A stretch of 62,385 nucleotides of DNA, the filler included, from Dimargaris cristalligena (taxonomy: Eukaryota), in assembly GCA_003614675.1 (NCBI GenBank). It is 8 parts of 8 records of this genome, joined end to end, with 100 filler letters (N's around TTAATTAATTAA, not from the genome) between each part and the next. Parts side by side here need not be neighbours in the genome. Positions count along the whole stretch, not along the records: positions 23,559 to 31,294 come from ML003392.1; positions 31,395 to 39,110 come from ML003393.1; positions 39,211 to 46,892 come from ML003394.1; 5 more parts are not named here. One strand, given 5' to 3'. The translations under genes and the position numbers were made by a program. Under the pieces are notes generated by a model, which was not told the origin of the DNA, did no database searches, and saw nothing but the letters and a program-made list of their open reading frames with translations. Below are positions 27,150 to 40,623 of this stretch, piece after piece; the stretch's first letter is position 1, and the number at the start of each line of letters is the position of its first letter.

Positions 27150-29125
27150 ATGGTAAAGGACGTTAATTTCCTGGTGGAGGACCTTGTCGCTAAGCTTAAG
27201 CGGAGGTAAGTCAACGGTTCGGTGCTTCGGTTTCTTCAGTTCGTCCACCCCCCTTCCCCCGCTTTGGTATCGTTTGACTTGGCATATCCTAAGGACTTTC
27301 AAACAAGGAGAGATAGAATGGGGGGGGGGGGGTTACTCTTGACTTCATTAACTACCGGGTTGGGCTATTCTTAAAAAAAATCCCCAACTTGCCCTGCCAA
27401 GTCCCATACCGACACCCAACCCTGCTCATTCTTTACTTTATATATTATTATTATTTTGATTTATCATATTGGGATTGTACATACTCTGTTCTTAGACAAA
27501 TTACCGGGTCGTATACCATCGCCCTGGAGACGGCCAAACTTCTCCGCCAAATTATTTCCGTCACCCGTTGGTCTACCGCTGGGGCGCTTATCGACCGCAT
27601 CAAGCAGGAGGGCTGCCGTTTAGTTGCTGCCCAACCTAAGGATGTGGTAGTCGCCAACATTGTCCGCCGGGTACTCCACATTATTCGTGAAGTGTACACC
27701 GAAAACCGCGACGCCGTTGACGAGGATGATGGCACCATCCTAGCCGCGGCCCCCGTCGCTCCCCAGGCCCTCCTTCAGCCCCAGCAGCCGTCCTTCTCTA
27801 TCCACTCGTCCATGTTTCCCCTGCTCGGGGACCACGCGGACCTACCGGCCGACTACACCCGACCCGTCCATAACCTCAAATCTGAAATCATCCAGGAAAT
27901 CCAGGAATACATCGAGGAACTGGAAAATATGTATTCGAATGTGTCGTCCCAGGCCATGGACCATATCCATTCTAATGAGGTGATTATGACCTGCGGGTAC
28001 TCGAAAACCGTGGAATCGTTCCTGAAATTTGCGGCGAAGAAACGCAAGTTTAAGGTGATTGTGGCCGAATGTGCCCCGACTTTCCAGGGACATCAAACTG
28101 CTCTGGCCCTGACGGCAGCAGGGATCGATACGACGGTGATTCCCGACGCCTCCGTGTTTGCAATGATGGCGCGGGTCAACAAAGTTATCCTGGGCACCTC
28201 AGCTAGTAAGTTATTGGGTTGACCCGTCTATTGTTTTTGAAAACCCAACACTATCGACTTGTAATAACCGATTGCCTTAGGTTGCGGAGTCGCGCATTCT
28301 TACCATGAACTGGCTTAGAGTGGGGTTACCTGGCTTCTGCGTTATTGATATATTCCGTACATATACTCACATAACATTCTACTATGCCGATATCTCCCAC
28401 ATTACTTTACCTAAATTTAGTTCTGGCTAACGGCGGCCTGATCGCTCTGAGTGGTACCCAGACCATGGTTGAGGCAGCCAAACACCACTCTATCCCCGTG
28501 ATTGTCTGCGCCGGCTTGTTCAAGTTGTCGCCCGTTTTCCCCTTTGATGAAGAATCGTTGAGCACCGAAGTCTCCCCCGATTCTGTTCTCGACTTCACGA
28601 AAGGTAGGTTCTTTACCCACTCGATCAAACCCGTGATTTTTACTTTCTACCCACCATTAACTAATGGATATTGGTAGTCATCTAATTAAGCTGTTTCCTA
28701 TGTATCTCGATATGTTTCCATCTCGTTAAAAACCACTATTTCTACTCGTAGGTCATTTCATCTCGGAAGTCGAAGTTATCAATCCCTTTAGCAGCTACGT
28801 CGATCCAAGCTTCATTGATCTTTTTATTACCAACCTGTAAGTCGTTCAATTTAATGGTGGGCTTTCCCGAACCTTGGGTGAAACGCCCCATAGGATCCCC
28901 TCTTTCGCTGACATAAACCTACTGTTTTATCTGCTAGATGCCATTCAGATCAAAACTTCCTACTTACAATTGATGTATCTAAACTAACCACGACTATATT
29001 GACCCATCGGCTATATACCCTCATTTTACAATCAACTATCCAGTGGTGGCCACCCCCCTTCCTACCTATACCGTCTATTGAACGAGAACTATGATGCCGA
29101 GGATACCTATCTGCTTAAGTCATAG
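27150..29125 (+). CDS. GCD7: Translation initiation factor eIF2B subunit beta
   Basis: Exons 27150-27205, 27496-28205, 28421-28603, 28752-28836 and 29044-29125; motifs LKRRQITGSY, AAQPKDVVVANIVRRVL, HIHSNEVIMTCGYSKTVESFL, LANGGL, GLFKLSPVFP, GGHPPSYLYRL. Confidence 0.93.
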
Positions 29126-31172
29126 TTACGGCGACTCAACACCCACATTAACAAAAGATCGAGGTACCGCGAGTTTTTGGTTATTGCAGTTTTTTTTTAC
29201 CGATAGCGATGCCGAACATCGCGTTCACTTATTACATATCATTATGCAAGCGCCCCTGCATCATCTTCAATCAACCTCAGCAGCCGCGGTGGTATGAGTG
29301 CCCGGTTAAATATGTAATCTATAGAGCGGTAACTCATCCATGACGACCGTCCAATGGCCTTTACGCGCTATTTAGTGGAAGGTTATAGTGGATTTATTAT
29401 ATATTACTTTACGAAAATTCATCCGAATCAATAAACCCGTATACATGACCCGGGATCATCTAAGGGGTTCCAGATTAACTCTTAGTTCACTATGTGTAAT
29501 CTAAATGACTAAGAGCCCATCTATCCCCTCGCTAATATGAAAAATATTGGAGGCCAATTTAGCCAAAAGGGAGGGGGGTTTCCAAATCCAGTAACCTCTG
29601 GGGCGTGAATCTTTCTTCAGAGGTCAATATTGCATATAAGTGGGTAAACTAATAAATATCCATTATTGACGGAATTAATGGGTTTAATAATTGTATTATG
29701 GAACATCCAGCCACATGGATAAATTCTTACCTTGGGCTAGCCAACATGTTTCGACGGGGCGCTAATAGCGATGCAGATTAACAAGGACCCCGTTGGACGA
29801 ATACTGGGATTCACTCGGCCCCTCCGAGGAATGTCCCTCTGTGGCATGGTAACTAGACAAGGTAGATTCGGCAGATTGGGCGATGTAGGAGTTCTCCAAA
29901 TGATATCTTGGGTAGGGCTGGGTTGAGGTGGATCAGATGAGGGGAAGGGTTAGTACACATACCGACCACATTCTGAAAATCCACAATTGAAAGGCTTTGG
30001 CCCTACAAGAAGCGTGGTGAGCAAACAGGTGGCTGGTTAGTGTAGTAGTAGCCCAGCTCCTGTGTGAAGCAATGTTCGGGGTGAGTTAGTGCTACTGGCT
30101 AAGTGCTAACAAAGTCGCAATTTTAGGAAAGACCGAATGGTGTGAATATGTACCCCGAGTATCATCAGATCAGTTCATGATGATAGACTAGGTTCTGTTA
30201 GGCCGAGGTTGCGATTGAGCCTCATTTAGGTGGGGGTCCCTGTGATTTTTGTAATTTGGGATTGTGGTTTACGGACCGGGAATCCGCAATGAAGTCACTA
30301 AACTACATGGAAGGAGTTGGGGCGGTGTTACGATAAACGTCTCTATCTAGCCCATTATGTAGATGTTCTGAGACTATTTGCCCGGAATAGCGTGACCGAA
30401 AGTAAAGGGACATGGGTGTTTGCAGTGGTTGGCGGCATTGGTTGGGGATGAGGTAGATATATCAATATATAGATATTTATGGGACCTCGGAAGTAAACCT
30501 GCGGTTTTATCAACTAGCAAAATGCGCCTATCTAAAAAGGAGCCGGTTATTTAAATATGCCACTAGAATGGTGGGCCTGACCACACTACTCTGGTAGTTC
30601 ACCGGCCAGAGGAATTGCGTACTAAATGTGGGGCCGGGATGGGGAGATTCGGCGCGGAAGACACCCTGGTGTTAAGACCATTTGCTGGTCGGCTTATTTC
30701 GGACAGCCAGCACCGGCCATCTATAGATAATCCAGGCCTTTACTACCCGGTTACTTGTCCCAATTGCTACCCGAATTTAGTAATATTCAAAGATTTTGCC
30801 CGGTTGATACCAGCACTCAGTACTATGCTAAAGGCTTCAGTCCTGATTGACACACGAAGGACTCTGCTGGTTTTTATAAAAATCTTCAGGATAGTAAGGG
30901 GCGTCTCCTGGTAACACCATTGGCATACTTTGACAACCCTCCAGTACTGTCCCTATATATAAATATTCCCTCAATTTACAACTTATTACCCATTATTTGA
31001 TTATTTACTGAATTAATCCCAATAAACTCATTAATGCCAATCCGTAGCTAGTGGTCCACACTAGTGCACACTTATCATCACCCCCCCCACTCTTGCTATT
31101 TCCTATCAAGTAAGTATTTATTGAGACAATAACTAGCACTATAATTTTCAGAAACCCAATATATAAGTTTTG

Positions 31173-31233
31173 TGTTAGACCATCTAATCTACCTTAATTT
31201 AGTTGGCTTAAACATCTAACCCTACTAGGCCTT
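31173..31233 (+). mobile_element. 5' fragment of LTR family A, interrupted by family C
   Basis: TGTTAGACCATCTAATCTACCTTAAT...AGGCCTT followed directly by TGTAAAG. Confidence 0.8.
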
Positions 31234-31294
31234 TGTAAAGAACTGAAATCAAATCCTTGAAAACTGAACTTTATTTGAAAAGATAGATAATAAA
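31234..31294 (+). mobile_element. Family C repeat terminus at contig end
   Basis: 61 bp identical to 62325-62385; begins with TG. Confidence 0.8.
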
Positions 31295-31394
31295 NNNNNN
31301 NNNNNNNNNNNNNNNNNNNNNNNNNNNNNNNNNNNNNNTTAATTAATTAANNNNNNNNNNNNNNNNNNNNNNNNNNNNNNNNNNNNNNNNNNNN

Positions 31395-31789
31395 AGGTCA
31401 GCAGCACCAAAGAACGGCCGTCGGAATCGTAAAGCAATCAAACCGGATGATGACGATGAAATTGCTCGCATCAAGCGGGAACATGCCGGAAAGAGTTCAA
31501 ATAGTCGACCAAAGAATGGGGTTGCCACTGAGTTTGAGGATGCCGAAGCCGAGGACGACGATGATGATGATGAGGTAAGTTCATATGCTGATTCAAATTA
31601 TTCTAGGGGTTGTTTCTAAATAAGATTGTCAAGGTCGATGATCAACCACACCGACTAGAACCCAGCCCTAATCTTGGTACTCATTTTTTTTTAGCGATGT
31701 CTCACCTCTTGCCTTGGCTTTTGTATGTTACTATATCTATTTAGGATCTCACGAGTTTGCTAATGGAAGATCTGAATGATGGTTATTGA
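31395..31789 (+). CDS. 3' end of an unidentified gene with an acidic C-terminus
   Basis: Open frame to ...EAEDDDDDDE, GTAAGT donor at 31575, TTAG acceptor, last exon 31745-31789 DLTSLLMEDLNDGY*. Confidence 0.65.
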
Positions 31790-32358
31790 TCTGACATCTT
31801 AGGTCTCCTATAATTGCAATGGCACGATTATCCCAGACCATTTGGGGTTTCCATCCAATACAGAATTAAGTATTACTATATATTTCATCTGTAATCTAAG
31901 TAATCTATGTTGAGATGATAAATTTCCCAGATTCAAAAACTATACTAGGAATGAATAAAAGTTGCTGGCATACATTGGGGAATGGTATCTCAAAAGTCAA
32001 TAATGGCTTGGACGAAATTGGTACAAATGTGTGCTGGGGGACTCAGTAATTCTCGTAGGAATATCGTTGGTTAATGATGCCACAGTAATTTGATCCAATG
32101 AAGTCGGCGCAATCAATACGAGGGTTCAACCGCACCAATCAAGTCATTTGAAACTTGGCCAAAGTCCATTACATTCGCTTACGATTTTTCACTTATAGTG
32201 GAAATGGTATTTTATTAACCAGAAATTGAACTGCTAGCATAATGGTGTCGGCAATTTAGATATAGTATAAAAACGACTATACGGCCACGCAAAAAAAAAA
32301 TACAGTCGAGAATCTTTCTGACGGACCCCTGGGCTGCATTAAACTTCACATACGACAT

Positions 32359-35266
32359 TTAGGACAGATCCCAAAGATCATGGTAGGTATCACCTTCGAT
32401 AAACAGACGGGGCGGGATTTGAGCGGCCAGGGCGGGGTCCTTATGGCTAGGCCGGTCCAATTCGGCGCTGAATAGCGTCGAGTAGGTATGATCCAGGAAG
32501 TCCTCGAGATCAAAAGGGTTGCGCGTAAACCGGTCGGAGAAGACCTTGGCCATGGTGGAAACCTGGGGAGCGTAATGGGACTGCAGGGTCTGGATTTCCC
32601 ACAATGAACTTTCGAGGGCCTTGGCCTCTTTGGGGTCCGCGGCCGTATGGTCGTAGGGGTCGCTGGCCATCCACTTGTTCACGGTAGGAGTAGACTTCGG
32701 CTTGGCCTTAGCATCCGTCTCCTCCGCCTTGTCGGACTGGGCATTACCAGGTACCCGATGGATGAGTGGCATGCACGAGGCGTGGGCCTTCAGCAGATTA
32801 TAAATCCACGGCAGCACCACCAGGAGGGCGGCGGGTGGAGCATCAAGGGCTAAGCGGGCCATGCGTTTCGCGAACGCGGCGATGATGTAGGACGGCAAGT
32901 GCGTGGACGCCAAAAACAGGGAGGCCATGCGCAGGAAACGGGACCGGTACTTGACGTGGAAGAGCTGGCGGTCGAACAGCGCGTACAGTTTCAGATAAAA
33001 GTCGGCGTAGGTCAAGTTATGCTCCTGCATCAGGGTGAACAGACTGTTGAGCGCGAGTACGCTGACGACGCCGCCCTGGGCGTAGGCCCGGGTGAGGAAG
33101 TCGCTCAGCGCGGGCGGGTAGTGCATGTACGGAATGATCCGCTTGTGCATCAGAAGCAAAATCTGTTTGTACAGGTCCAGGGAAAGGGGGAGTCCCAAAT
33201 ACGCCACCCACAGGTTTTCGAACGTTTTGGTGTGCTCGCTGGACCGTTGTACGGGATCGACGGGCTCGGGCCCCTCCTGATCGGTGGCACCGGCGACCTT
33301 ACGTCTCTTGCGGGGATTGGCCGGTTCCTTCACCAAGGTGGCTGGGTCATTGGCCCAGAATTCGGTCACAGTGCCATCCACAACTGCTAAATTCTTGATG
33401 TTGGGCAGAATGCGGAAGACGTTATTAATGAGGCATTGCGTATTGTAGCTCATTTTAGGCTGATGCGGACGGAATTTGGCCAATAAGTAAAGGAATGATT
33501 TTAGGACGGAGATAAAAATTTAAGGAGGGTTAGTTATAATCTGGACCATCAATAAATCTTAAAGGTGACCCGGTTACAAAATCGCCGAGATTTCCCTTGT
33601 ACACGGATTCTGTTCCCAATGGCCTCTTAGAGTATGAAATAAAAAACTTACCAAATCCCCGGTGCGGAATCCGACCTTATCGGAGGCAGGCATATCCTTA
33701 CGAATATACTGCCTGGTAACCAGCGCAAAACAGGATCGACAAATGGCAATTGATAAATAGTTGGTCAAGTTAGAGAGCGTATTAGTACAGAAGGTTAACC
33801 ACGCCAGCTTAACGCCCTGGTATGTTTTCAAAAAAAAAAATTCGCACGAGGCAGAAAACCACACATCTCGGACTAGCTCGCAAACCGAACAAAGATCAAT
33901 AAAGTGTCACACTATATAGTGGGAAACGCACTTACAAGGTACTCTTGATGAAGTGATAGCGCAGGTCGCCGTAGGCGCTCAGATAAGAGTTTAGGAGCAC
34001 GTTGACGAAGTCATCCTTGAGCTGGTGGTGGGTAATAATAGCGCGAACCAATTTGGTATATAGGTACTCGCAGAATGTATACCGCTCGGCGGTCAAGCTA
34101 CTCGCATTCGTCTGTTTCTGGATAACCTGGAGGATGAGGCGTAGCGAGGCAATCTATTTAGGGGAAAGAGCCGTGTAAATAATCAAAGTGACCATAAGGA
34201 AGTCCCCGAAATGTTAGTTAAACTATTCGAGAATGCTAGCACAAGCTATTTCAGTCAAAGGCACGATCCCCGAGGATCTCTGACTGACGGTTAGTCTGCA
34301 GTCTATAGTGGTGGTGTCTAGAACCAACAGGGCCGGCGATTCTAGAGTCCTGCCTTGGGTATAGGTCGATGAGGGGTCGCAGTAGACCAAGTGACTATCT
34401 ATTCGCAATTACCTGAAGCGCCAAGTCACTATTAGAAATGATCCGAACGAGTTGTTGGGCAAACTGGCTGTATTGGTCAGCCAGCCACTTATTGACGGTT
34501 TGTTCGGGGGATAATTCTTGGTTGGCCACAGGGAGCTTGGATTTAGCAGGAAAGTCGATTTGGCCCCGGTCAACATATACTGCAAAAATGCGCTGGAGAC
34601 TGTGGATACTGGCGTATATGATTTCGGTATCCCTTCCCTGTGGGTTTATAAAGTCGGGGTATTGGGATATTTAAAATAAAGTATATCACCATTAGGAATC
34701 TGTAACATCATAGGGGATTGCATAATGCCGAGGCAGCTTGAAGTCCAAAATATAGACGCGCACTAGTATACAGATTGGCCAGAGGTCTATAAAAATAGTT
34801 GCCGTATCCAGGTATTTTATTCCTGGACCAGCAGGCTGTCTTACCTTGGCGTATTCCAACAGGGACACGATGTTGTTGAGGAACTTGGGGCTGTCGTGGA
34901 CTTGCTTTTCCAACTCCCGCACGTTTTCAATAATCTTGGTGCTAGAGGGGCTTTTCTTGGTATCCACCGGCTAGAATCAGTAAAATATGGGAAAGGCAAC
35001 CCCAATACATAGAGGGGATTCAAAAATGAACTACGTTAGCGTCGACCGAGATCTCATTGGACACCCAAGCGCGATCCCCGGGAGTACCCGAATACAAAAG
35101 CAGCAGGAGAGGCCCTCTCGGCTATCTCAATTAATACGAAAATCTTGGTCGGGGCCAATGTACATTGGTAGAGCTTAAAAGCAGCTAAACAGGCCAGCGA
35201 GAGTGCATAGGCAGCTCGGGGTCATTTCTTTACCTTGGCGGTTTTAATTGTCTTGGGGACTGCCAT
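32359..35266 (-). CDS. NOC4: Nucleolar complex protein 4 (CBF/Mak21 domain)
   Basis: Six exons from ATG 35266. CBF domain: LSDFLTRAY..GGVVSVLALNSLFTLM..HNLTYADFYLKLY, HVKYRSRF, STHLPSYIIAAFAKRMAR, SSLWEI...HY, FDLEDFLDHTY. Confidence 0.93.
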
Positions 35267-36355
35267 GGTCCTAATTCAAGCGAGTATGGTCGTCAATCGG
35301 GAATGTAAAAAATATATGAGAAAGGCAATCAACCAGCTAGGACTAAAGGCATGTGAATGGGGAAAAAGCCAATTCAGCCAATGTGACCCTCGTATACGAA
35401 GACACTCAATTAGCTCTTCTTTTTTTTCTCAATAGTAATTGATTACTTATAATTTCGCAAACTGAAATAGGCCGATTTTTACTACTTTTACAGGACTTCT
35501 CGTTCAGCTAGATAATCACGTGATTATTTTGCCCTGATATTACTCTCCCTCCTCCTTCTTTATAGTCATCACAATTATTTAGAAAGATTTGACAGGGCAG
35601 TGTGATTAGGGGAGTGGTTGGACAGAAACCACGGATATATGCCATTTTTAAGTAGATCCTCGATTGTCTAAAAAAGGAGTGTTAGAAAGACCTCATATCA
35701 TCGGTTCAAGCCTAGTGTAAAAACCATGGTTTCAGTTATTAAGAGACCGTATGTCAGCCAACACATAAATGCATTTTGAATGTCCCGCCAAGTTGAATTC
35801 TATAAGCAACATGATTACCACCTAGTGCAACTCTTATAATATAGTAATCATGCCTGGTTCATTAAGTATACAGGAGTTTTATTTTTGAAGTGCACAATAG
35901 AAATAAAAACGAAACTATACCATGGGCCAAAACCAAAAACCAGGGAGAAATTGACTTGCGACTGATAGGTAAGACATCCCCGCCAGGGGGAATCTGAAGC
36001 TAGAAATAGTATAGAAGAGTAATAAAAATGGCTGTGACAAACGGGAATGTTACATGTAGTAAAAGAATATGAGTGCTATCATTGGGTACTTTGCCCAAGC
36101 CATGGCCAGAAAATTTGGTCAACAAAAACTAGAGATTGAATGGAAGTCACATACATATTCCATATAACGAGACAAATCAAGAAACAGCCAAATTGCCGAT
36201 TTAGGGCGGGGGAGGGGGTGAAAAGAGAGCAGGCTTCTTGGACCGAAAATCTTCAACTGATGCAACAAGGTTCTCGTATGGCGTCGTATACGGGATCGTG
36301 CTTAACGAGGGAGGAAGAGAACACCCCAACAAAAAATAACTAACTAACCCAGGTA

Positions 36356-37252
36356 TTAACTACCGATGGAACAGGTAGTAGGGACAATATCCACGGTACC
36401 CTCTGACACAACCGCATTAAGAGTTTTGTAGTTGGCCTCGGTCTCAACGTACCAGTCGATTTGGTTATTACCGAAGCTCCAGCCTTCGTCGTCGACTCGC
36501 ACACAGCCATTGTGGGTTTTACCATTGGGCAATTTGACTCCCTTAAGCTTAGCCACTTGCAAGGTGGTGCCGCGTTTCATGTCGTTCGCCGCGACGCTGT
36601 AGTACGGCACGAGCGTATTGTCTCCACTGCCAATGGCCCCGTCCGTCACCTCGAAACACATATAATTGCTGCAGGAGCAACTGCCGAGGTTAATGGTTTT
36701 GCCGTTCGCTAGGATGGCGGTTCCCTCCATCTTGGCCTTATCGGCAAAATCTTTGGTCACGGAAGCCAGTTTCTTTTTGTCGCAGGTGCCCAATACCACG
36801 TTGCCGGAGTCGGACCTTTCTTGCTTCTCGGACCAGTAGAAGGTGAGCTTGACCGATCGCGACTTGGTATTGGATTTCGAGCTCGATTTACTATCCGAGG
36901 AATCGTCATCGGAATCGCTGTCCTCCGAAGTATCCGATTTTTTGGACTTCGAAGATGACGAGGTATCATCATCAGAAGTGTCATCATCTTCCGAGCTTTC
37001 GGAGTCGCTGGACTTCTTGGAAGACTTGGATGAAGACGAATCATCGGAGGAATCATCGGAGGAATCATCGGAGGAGTCGGATTTCGAGCCCCGGCGCACA
37101 AGGGGAAGGGCTGCGTGGGGATTGGAGCTACCCGCCACCGCCCATTGCCCTACGGAGTAAGCCTCGGTAGTTGGAGGGCTAGGAAGCCAAACGGCAGCTA
37201 AGAATAGCACAGCAACACCCAGCAGAGACATGAATCGATTGGAGTGGACCAT
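36356..37252 (-). CDS. Secreted Ser/Asp-rich protein with C-terminal 3D (Asp-Asp-Asp, MltA-like) domain
   Basis: Signal peptide; LVRR site; SSDD repeats (12-nt units near 37038-37075); LTFYW...MEGTAILANG...SVAAND...VRVDDEG...QIDWYV; intronless. Confidence 0.8.
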   Translation of the reverse strand: MVHSNRFMSLLGVAVLFLAAVWLPSPPTTEAYSVGQWAVAGSSNPHAALPLVRRGSKSDSSDDSSDDSSDDSSSSKSSKKSSDSESSEDDDTSDDDTSSSSKSKKSDTSEDSDSDDDSSDSKSSSKSNTKSRSVKLTFYWSEKQERSDSGNVVLGTCDKKKLASVTKDFADKAKMEGTAILANGKTINLGSCSCSNYMCFEVTDGAIGSGDNTLVPYYSVAANDMKRGTTLQVAKLKGVKLPNGKTHNGCVRVDDEGWSFGNNQIDWYVETEANYKTLNAVVSEGTVDIVPTTCSIGS

Positions 37253-38785
37253 TCTGTATATTAAAGGAGAATTTCTGGGGGGCAACTAAAAACAGGAGTG
37301 GAAAGTGTAGGGGGGACGACAGACAAACTACTGAACTGAATATACTAAATGGCCAGCAAATAATATACTAAAATAACACCTCAACCTTAAGGATACTGTA
37401 ATGGAAACTGATGAAAAAGTAGGACTAAGTAAGAACAGAAAAATAATCGGAAGATTAAATAACGGGAGAGGATAATAGTATCGGAGGGTTGAGATGTAAT
37501 CAATAGTTGGCGACGACCGGTAGGAAAAGAGAAGGCGATGTAGAAGCTGAATAGCATTTGGATAGCAGCTGGAACCAGCCGTATTTATAGAATTTTCCTA
37601 ACCACTACCTCAGACAGGGATCCCTGTACTTTGAACTCCCCCTCCTCCCTTGTAGACTTGAACATTAGCGAGCGACGTGCCCCCCCCTCTTCTCCCTATA
37701 GAGGAAACGGCCATAGGATTACCCGACATGGAGCGCCATTATTTCGGCAACTTCCCGGCACCGGTCCACTATGACAATCGGCAAGTCTCATTATACTGAC
37801 CCGATTGTCGATGGCCCGAGTCAACTTCGGTAGGGAGGGGCTCAGCCGAAGTGATCCGCAGCTGCCTCTCTTTAGAGCAAATAGGCGGACCGTTCGCCCT
37901 AGCCATTGGGCACTCCCCTAACACGCAGCTGATACTTAATAACCGCCCCCCCTGTTTTATCAAGAAGAGAGAAGAGCTCGAGTTGGCATGGCCGGGACAA
38001 TAAATTTCCGATCCTTCTCGAGAGGAGAGGATCGTCAACCCAACGAGTGGTCGATTTCATCTAAAAAATATTAGCGTACCATTGGGTAGTTAGAAAACGA
38101 GAAAGGATAAATATTGTTCCGCATGCCAAGGGGGTATGGTCTGGAAAGGTCCGGGGTACCAAATGTCCAGATGAAATTGCACATAGTGAATGGTGAATAA
38201 AGTGTGAGGGAGGCATCCCATGGCCCTGAAATTCGAAATATTCTTTAACGAACAGGTTGATATTTCACCCGTTCCCTCCCTTCTCTCTCTCTCTCTCTCT
38301 CTCTCTTTCAACGAAAGCCACATTACAGCATTTGAGGGGTTTCATTACTCGGTGTTCCTTATGGTTGTGTCCCCTGCCAAAGCCAAATTAGTTAAGACAT
38401 TGTGTGTTGGAGCATAGGCATGCCCAATTACTAATTAAGCAGCTCAGTTATAAAATATATTGGCAATTAATGGTATAAATGCAGGGTAACCTATCTTGCT
38501 TAAAGTGTTGCCATGATAGTACCGATGAACACTAGGATTAAATAAAACAAGATTTTTTTCCTGCATTCATTCAAAACGTTTATTAAGCAATGGATATTTG
38601 GCAATTACAAGTCCACACAAGAGCCAAATGGCCCCTACAATAAAGTACTAAGTCTACTACATAGGAATCCTACAGAATTTTAAGACTATGACCTAAATTT
38701 GTTGTTGTACTGGTGTCTAAGGTGTATCAAACCCCCCTGATACATCATGAAAAAATCGGGTTTAGTTCAGTAAGTATTTATAGGG

Positions 38786-38856
38786 TATCAGACCATCTAA
38801 TCCACCTTAATCCAGACACATTGGTGTCTACCCCTATTAGGTCTTATAGTACCATA
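38786..38856 (+). mobile_element. 5' fragment of LTR family A, abutting a MITE-like terminus
   Basis: TATCAGACCATCTAATCCACCTTAATCCAGACAC...TAGTACCAT followed by ATATGGGTAAAGTTCAACC. Confidence 0.75.
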
Positions 38857-39210
38857 TGGGTAAAGTTCAACCCGACTATATAGGGTAAAATCCATATAGG
38901 GGGGCCATCATATTTAGGTCACGTGACCTTTAGAGGACGGACATAACCTTCCCCCCCCTTTATTATCCACCCATCCATCGCCGCCAACATAAGCCAAGGA
39001 GACTTAGCCTATATTGTGATGGGGAGGGGGTATACCCAGAAAGGGCAGGGGCAGTGCTGGTACTTAATTGAGTACCAGCATGGTAGGTAGGGTTATATTT
39101 ATGCTTATAANNNNNNNNNNNNNNNNNNNNNNNNNNNNNNNNNNNNNNNNNNNNTTAATTAATTAANNNNNNNNNNNNNNNNNNNNNNNNNNNNNNNNNN
39201 NNNNNNNNNN

Positions 39211-40102
39211 GTTGAAGACACGGGACCGGCCAAATTCCTTTTCCAGACCCATGGTGCAGCGGAAGACACCGCCAAAGGCCACATCTTCGCCAAAAACGAC
39301 TGTCCATAGATTGATACGTAACACATGATAGTGAGCGTCGTAGGGTATTTTGGGTTAGTATATATGTGGTTGGGAGTGGTGGACCAACCTCTGATAGAGA
39401 GAAGGTACTCATGGGGTGTAATTAGCTATTGTCTAATTTGGGGGAAGGGGCTTTTACCTGCGGTATCATCGGTCGATAGTGCGATTCGCATGGCATCGTT
39501 AACGGCCTGGTACAGGTTTGACTTGCGATACCCCTCTGTTTAAATTGACAACAGTCACCAAACCAAGTATCGGATGTATTAGTATTTGACAAAGGCACAT
39601 AGCCGATTAGTCTCCTTATAGCCTCAGTGTATTATTTTCTCTACGGAATATAACGAAGAGACTGCCTCTGTACTAATCGGCTAACATGGGTTCTGATCAA
39701 TTAGTTGAGTGGAAATATCACTGACCTGCGGAGAGATTGAACTCGGTCAGCTCGGGCGATCGGGAAACATCGGCTTCAGTTCGAAGCAGTAGTTTAGAGC
39801 TGCCCACGCCGGTGGGCATGCTATTGACGGGTTCGGCGGCATGGGAATAAATGGTGGACATGGATCGTAAGGGGACGGAAGGAGCCTGGCACTATATAAA
39901 AATAGTAGGTGAAAAGGGAAAATTGGATATAATGCCCGTTTGGTAAAAACACGAGGGGAACACGGATAATTTCAATAGGCAGCCTACTAGGTTGGTGACA
40001 CACTCCCCTAGTCTGGTAAGGATGCTATTATAGTACGCAGCTTACCTTTAGCAGTTGCCGAGGAGTACCGCCCACTCGGGGTAACTTTAGAAGAGAGGCC
40101 AT
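39211..40102 (-). CDS. BCKDHB: Branched-chain 2-oxoacid dehydrogenase E1 beta subunit, mitochondrial, 3'-truncated
   Basis: Spliced translation MASLLKLPR...[50 protein letters not shown]. Confidence 0.92.
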
Positions 40103-40479
40103 GGGTATTACAGGAGTTTGTTGCAGCCAAAACCGGGGAATGGGATGAGAGCTAAGTGGGAGCAGCGGGATGGACTACTACTAAGTAAAATGGTACAAGA
40201 GTTTGAGAGAGACAAGGAAGGTAGGTGGGCGTGACGGCTAAAGGAGGGTGAAATAGGCGAAAGAGAAGGAAGTGCGTGCGGATGGGCACTTACTTGCCAG
40301 AGCTACCTTCAAACAGTAGGCGACGGACGGGTTCTAAAGCCAGTCACATTACCATCCCCCGCAATCATTTTCCTCACCCATTCACCCACCTGGAATAGTA
40401 ATATACCCTAGTTCCGCGTGATTGGTTGGATTCCCAATAACCCAATATGGATGGGCGAATAAGAGAGAGGTTCCCTACA

Positions 40480-40623
40480 ATATGAGAGAAGTTCATTCAG
40501 GCGGTATAATGAAAAATCCATTGGATGAGGCCAAGATTACTGGTTAAAAGCCATTCTCACATATATTCAACCATACATGTATTATGTAAAACCTTATACA
40601 GCTGGTTTGAATTTCACCCATAT
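40480..40623 (+). mobile_element. MITE-like element, copy 1
   Basis: ATATGAGAGAAGTTCA...TGAATTTCACCCATAT imperfect TIRs; internal similarity to 46338-46468 and 59919-60062. Confidence 0.75.

Noticed and set aside
31395-31789. Acidic tail reminiscent of the Fcp1 C-terminus
   Set aside because: Too short and low-complexity to assign.
11614-37105. Shared PLVRR motif in two secreted proteins
   Set aside because: Best explained as an ordinary Kex2 propeptide site rather than a translocation motif.
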